From: a virus | Lineage: Duplodnaviria > Heunggongvirae > Uroviricota > Caudoviricetes | Virus record (IMG/VR): IMGVR_UViG_2671180710_000015 | Length of the DNA stretch: 8,566 nucleotides | Strand: one strand, 5' to 3' | Shown here: piece by piece, positions 6,298 through 8,566 of the stretch | Numbering within the stretch: position 1 is the stretch's first letter | How the letters are laid out: the number at the start of each line of letters is the position of its first letter | Translations under genes and position numbers: made by a program | Notes under the pieces: generated by a model | Told to the model about the DNA's origin: nothing | Seen by the model: the letters and a program-made list of their open reading frames with translations, nothing else | Database searches by the model: none

Positions 6298-6477
6298 ATG
6301 TCAATACACAAAAACGAAAGGCGTGGTAATCCTCCGTTCCAGTTCCGTTTAGATCCTGACTTACGGGAAAAGATGGAAAAGGCACAACAACATGACGGCG
6401 ATGATTCTCTTGCTGCCTGGATAAAGCGAATAATCCGCAAAGAATTACAGCAACGCGGCATAGAACCCAAAGGGTAA
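6298..6477 (+). CDS. Arc/MetJ-type ribbon-helix-helix DNA-binding protein (59 aa), below ORF-track cutoff
   Basis: Hand-translated: MSIHKNERRGNPPFQFRLDPDLREKMEKAQQHDGDDSLAAWIKRIIRKELQQRGIEPKG; PFQFRLDP strand plus two helices is the classic Arc-like pattern. GAGGTG SD; candidate promoter TTGCTT-N17-TAATAT (6230-6258); GTGTAAT repeats at 6250 and 6287. Confidence 0.6.
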   Translation: MSIHKNERRGNPPFQFRLDPDLREKMEKAQQHDGDDSLAAWIKRIIRKELQQRGIEPKG

Positions 6478-6565
6478 TTACATTGCCCACCAGCCTGATA
6501 GCGGCTATCATTCCCGTGCTTATGTTTGGGATCACATAAGGCGCAGCAGGTTAATTGTTCACAAG

Positions 6566-6594
6566 GGCGTTCCGGCAACGGGGCGCTTTTTGTT
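6566..6594 (+). terminator. intrinsic terminator (GNRA tetraloop hairpin plus U-run) closing the plus-strand module
   Basis: 9-bp stem GGCGTTCCG / CGGGGCGCT with three G-U wobbles, GCAA loop (6575-6578), then TTTTTGTT. Sits 28 nt from the convergent alpA stop. Confidence 0.5.
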
Positions 6595-6621
6595 ATGTTC
6601 ATCGTGTTATGCCTCACACCA

Positions 6622-6828
6622 TTACGCAGCCGTTCCGCGTGCTTCCTGCTCACGTTCTTTCATCCATGCGATTACGTCTTCCTCATACCATCCGCGACGG
6701 CGTAAACCAACGCGAAAACCCTGCGGAAATTCTCCGGCGTTGATCATGCTTTGAAGCGTGCTGTCTGCCTTGATGTGGATAAGTTTTTTTACTTCCTGGC
6801 GAAAGATGACTTTTTTGATTGCTTCCAT
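6622..6828 (-). CDS. alpA: AlpA-family phage transcriptional regulator
   Basis: 68 aa; STLQSMINAGEFPQGFRVGLRRRGWYEEDVIAWM matches the AlpA HTH family pattern. AAGG SD. Co-directional with int as in Gram-negative PICIs. Confidence 0.85.
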   Translation of the reverse strand: MEAIKKVIFRQEVKKLIHIKADSTLQSMINAGEFPQGFRVGLRRRGWYEEDVIAWMKEREQEARGTAA

Positions 6829-6905
6829 CGTGATTTACCTTGTGAATCCGGTGTATTCCGGTGACAAATACGGTAAATCATCGGATATGGGTAAAAACAG
6901 TTCCC

Positions 6906-6921
6906 ACCGTTTTTAAACGGT
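6906..6921. promoter_or_regulatory. 16-bp palindrome ACCGTTT-tt-AAACGGT upstream of alpA
   Basis: Exact 7-bp arms. A nearby direct repeat TCCGGTG occurs twice 10 bp apart (about 6847-6865). Candidate regulator or recombination-factor site; function not inferable from sequence. Confidence 0.3.
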
Positions 6922-6960
6922 TAGAATCGTTTTTTATGTTGGTGATTTGAAAGGGATTTA

Positions 6961-6985
6961 TAAAAAAAGCGGCATTTCTGCCGCT
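6961..6985 (-). terminator. Rho-independent terminator between the int-proximal ORF and alpA
   Basis: 7-bp stem AGCGGCA / TGCCGCT, loop tttc, followed on the minus strand by a U-run (plus A7 at 6962-6968). Same architecture as the 2152-2175 terminator. Confidence 0.6.
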
Positions 6986-6995
6986 TTGAGGATTG

Positions 6996-7247
6996 TTACC
7001 GCCATTTTTTTGGCCTGCCTCCGGTCTTCATGGTTGCCGGACGAACTACCCTGTCGATACTTTCAGCCATATTCCTGGATGCCCCACGGGATACCAGGAA
7101 ATCTACTACCTGTTTTTTTGATGGGGCCGTCGTTCTGTCCTCCGGATCGTAGGTTGACCAAAATTCATGCTGAACCATCAGGGCCAGTTGCAGCCCGTCG
7201 CAATTGCATCTGAAATTTTTTTGCATCTTAACGGTTTCATGTTTCAC
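6996..7247 (-). CDS. hypothetical protein (83 aa) downstream of int, basic C-terminus
   Basis: Track ORF. GTG start with weak SD (internal ATG at 7224-7226 is an alternative); followed 10 nt later by a terminator. No family recognised. Confidence 0.35.
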   Translation of the reverse strand: MKHETVKMQKNFRCNCDGLQLALMVQHEFWSTYDPEDRTTAPSKKQVVDFLVSRGASRNMAESIDRVVRPATMKTGGRPKKWR

Positions 7248-7324
7248 GGCCTTGTCGTTAAATTTGATGCAATTATACGACGGTTTTACATGGTTTTCGT
7301 AGTTTTTACTGGTTTTCTGTACAG

Positions 7325-8566
7325 CTAAACGGCTCGGATACCCCTTTTACCACTGGCGAGGGTTACGCCCGTCGCCGCAGCCTCGACAAATTCGCCCCAC
7401 CAGCGCATAAGCACCACGCGTTTTTCTATGTAGTTGCTCCGGTTGTATGCCCGTCTCACTTCGTTAGTGTCGACGTGGGCAAGTGCGGCCTCGATTACGT
7501 CCGGCTCGAATCCTTCCTCGTTCGCTGCTGTACTGAATATGGCGCGTAATCCATGAGACACCAGCACGCCAGCGAACCCCATGCGTCGTAATGCTGCGTT
7601 TGCTGTCTGGCTGTTCATTGGCTGCCGTGGGTCTTTCAGACTCGGGAAAACATAATCGCGGTGGTGGCTGATTGGTTTCATGGCCTCCAGCACCGCCATA
7701 GCCTGACCGGAAAGTGGGATAACGTGATCCCTGCGCATCTTCATGCGTCCGGCGGGTATCGTCCAGCGTTGCGCGTCCAGGTCGATTTCATCCCACCGCG
7801 TTGATGACGCTTCGGCGGGACGGGTTACGGTCAGTAACTGCCATTCAATCAGTAATCTGGTCTGCCGTTCTGTTGCCGATACTGATAAAGCCTGCATAAG
7901 CTCCGGCAACTGTTCGGGGCGGATTGTTGGCATATGTTTTTTTACAGGGGAGGGGAACGCCTTACGCACATTCATAGCCGGATTGGCATCAATCAGCCCA
8001 CTGTTGGCGGCGTAATCCATTACCTCATTAACGCGCTGTAAAACCCGTTTGAGTGTTTCCAGGTTGCCGCGCTCCTTGATGGGGGTAAGCACCTCAACGA
8101 ACCTGCGAGCGGTCAGGGTGTCTATTGGGGTGTTGCCGATGAACGGGAATACATATTTATCCAGCGATCGCCAGATGTCTTTAATCGTGTTGGGGGCCAG
8201 ATTCTGGCTGATTTTCACCTGGTACCATGCCGCCGCCACATTTTCGAACGTGTTCCCTTGTCTTCGGGCCTCTGCCTCTCGTTTTTTCTTCTCATGGCCC
8301 TGCGGGTCAGTTCCGGCACTGATTAACGCTCTGTACTCGCTACGGCGTTTTCTGGCATCAGCCAGGGAAACATCATCAAGCGATCCAAAACTCAGCAATA
8401 TTCTTTTTTTGTCCGATGGCCGGTAGTAGGAAAATCGCCAGAGTTTTGATCCGGACGGTTTGACCAGGAGAAAAAGCCCTCCGCCGTCCTGTAGGGTGTA
8501 TTCCTTTTCCGCTGGTCTGGCTGCTTTGATCTGCACCGTGGTTAATGGGGGTGTTTTTCTCGCCAT
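7325..8566 (-). CDS. int: tyrosine-type site-specific integrase, P4-like
   Basis: 413 aa. N-terminus MARKTPPLTTVQIKAARPAEKEYTLQDGGGLFLLVKPSGSKLWRFSYY matches the P4-integrase arm-binding pattern; C-terminal HGLRAIFSTAA and RRAYNRSNY carry the His/Arg box and catalytic Tyr. ATG is the last codon of the window, so an upstream start cannot be excluded. Confidence 0.9.
   Translation of the reverse strand: MARKTPPLTTVQIKAARPAEKEYTLQDGGGLFLLVKPSGSKLWRFSYYRPSDKKRILLSFGSLDDVSLADARKRRSEYRALISAGTDPQGHEKKKREAEARRQGNTFENVAAAWYQVKISQNLAPNTIKDIWRSLDKYVFPFIGNTPIDTLTARRFVEVLTPIKERGNLETLKRVLQRVNEVMDYAANSGLIDANPAMNVRKAFPSPVKKHMPTIRPEQLPELMQALSVSATERQTRLLIEWQLLTVTRPAEASSTRWDEIDLDAQRWTIPAGRMKMRRDHVIPLSGQAMAVLEAMKPISHHRDYVFPSLKDPRQPMNSQTANAALRRMGFAGVLVSHGLRAIFSTAANEEGFEPDVIEAALAHVDTNEVRRAYNRSNYIEKRVVLMRWWGEFVEAAATGVTLASGKRGIRAV

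Noticed and set aside
6293-6535. 80-aa minus-strand ORF
   Set aside because: Antisense to the Arc-type RHH gene, which has better start signals and a recognisable fold pattern.
5457-6653. 398-aa stop-free minus-strand ORF spanning the whole plus-strand module
   Set aside because: Low-complexity Cys/Ser/Arg-rich translation with no hydrophobic pattern. It begins inside alpA and translates straight through hairpins and the T19 tract. The open frame is best explained by A-rich plus-strand composition depleting stop codons on the opposite strand.
6947-7213. 88-aa plus-strand ORF
   Set aside because: Starts inside the terminator hairpin and is antisense to the terminator-flanked 83-aa ORF.
7743-8426. 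90-aa and 125-aa plus-strand ORFs
   Set aside because: Antisense within the integrase gene.
7325-8566. att site or tRNA target inside the window
   Set aside because: No tRNA-like sequence or obvious att core seen; for this orientation the attachment site should lie beyond position 8566.

Overview
The window reads as the integrase-proximal arm of an integrated phage satellite of the PICI type, probably a capsid-forming PICI from an enterobacterium, shown in reverse orientation. Nearly all core genes are on the minus strand, running from right to left: P4-type tyrosine integrase (7325-8566), an 83-aa ORF with its own terminator, AlpA-family regulator (6622-6828), three small ORFs translationally coupled to a RecA-fold replication helicase (3313-4710), an iteron-type origin (about 3120-3315), a small ORF coupled to SSB (2465-2863), a PerC-like regulator with terminator, then a late operon of two small ORFs, a terminase small subunit (1087-1575), a hidden 53-aa ORF and an HK97-fold major capsid protein (1-927). 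The most interesting part is an AT-rich, counter-oriented plus-strand module (about 5430-6620) between alpA and the rep operon. It encodes two ribbon-helix-helix-like proteins and an unknown 75-aa protein, with operator-like pseudo-palindromes and hairpins; this is a candidate island master repressor or small-protein accessory cassette. No tRNA, rRNA, CRISPR array or att site lies inside the window; the att site is expected beyond position 8566. All product calls come from motif recognition by eye, with no database search, and coordinates of small features were hand-counted.
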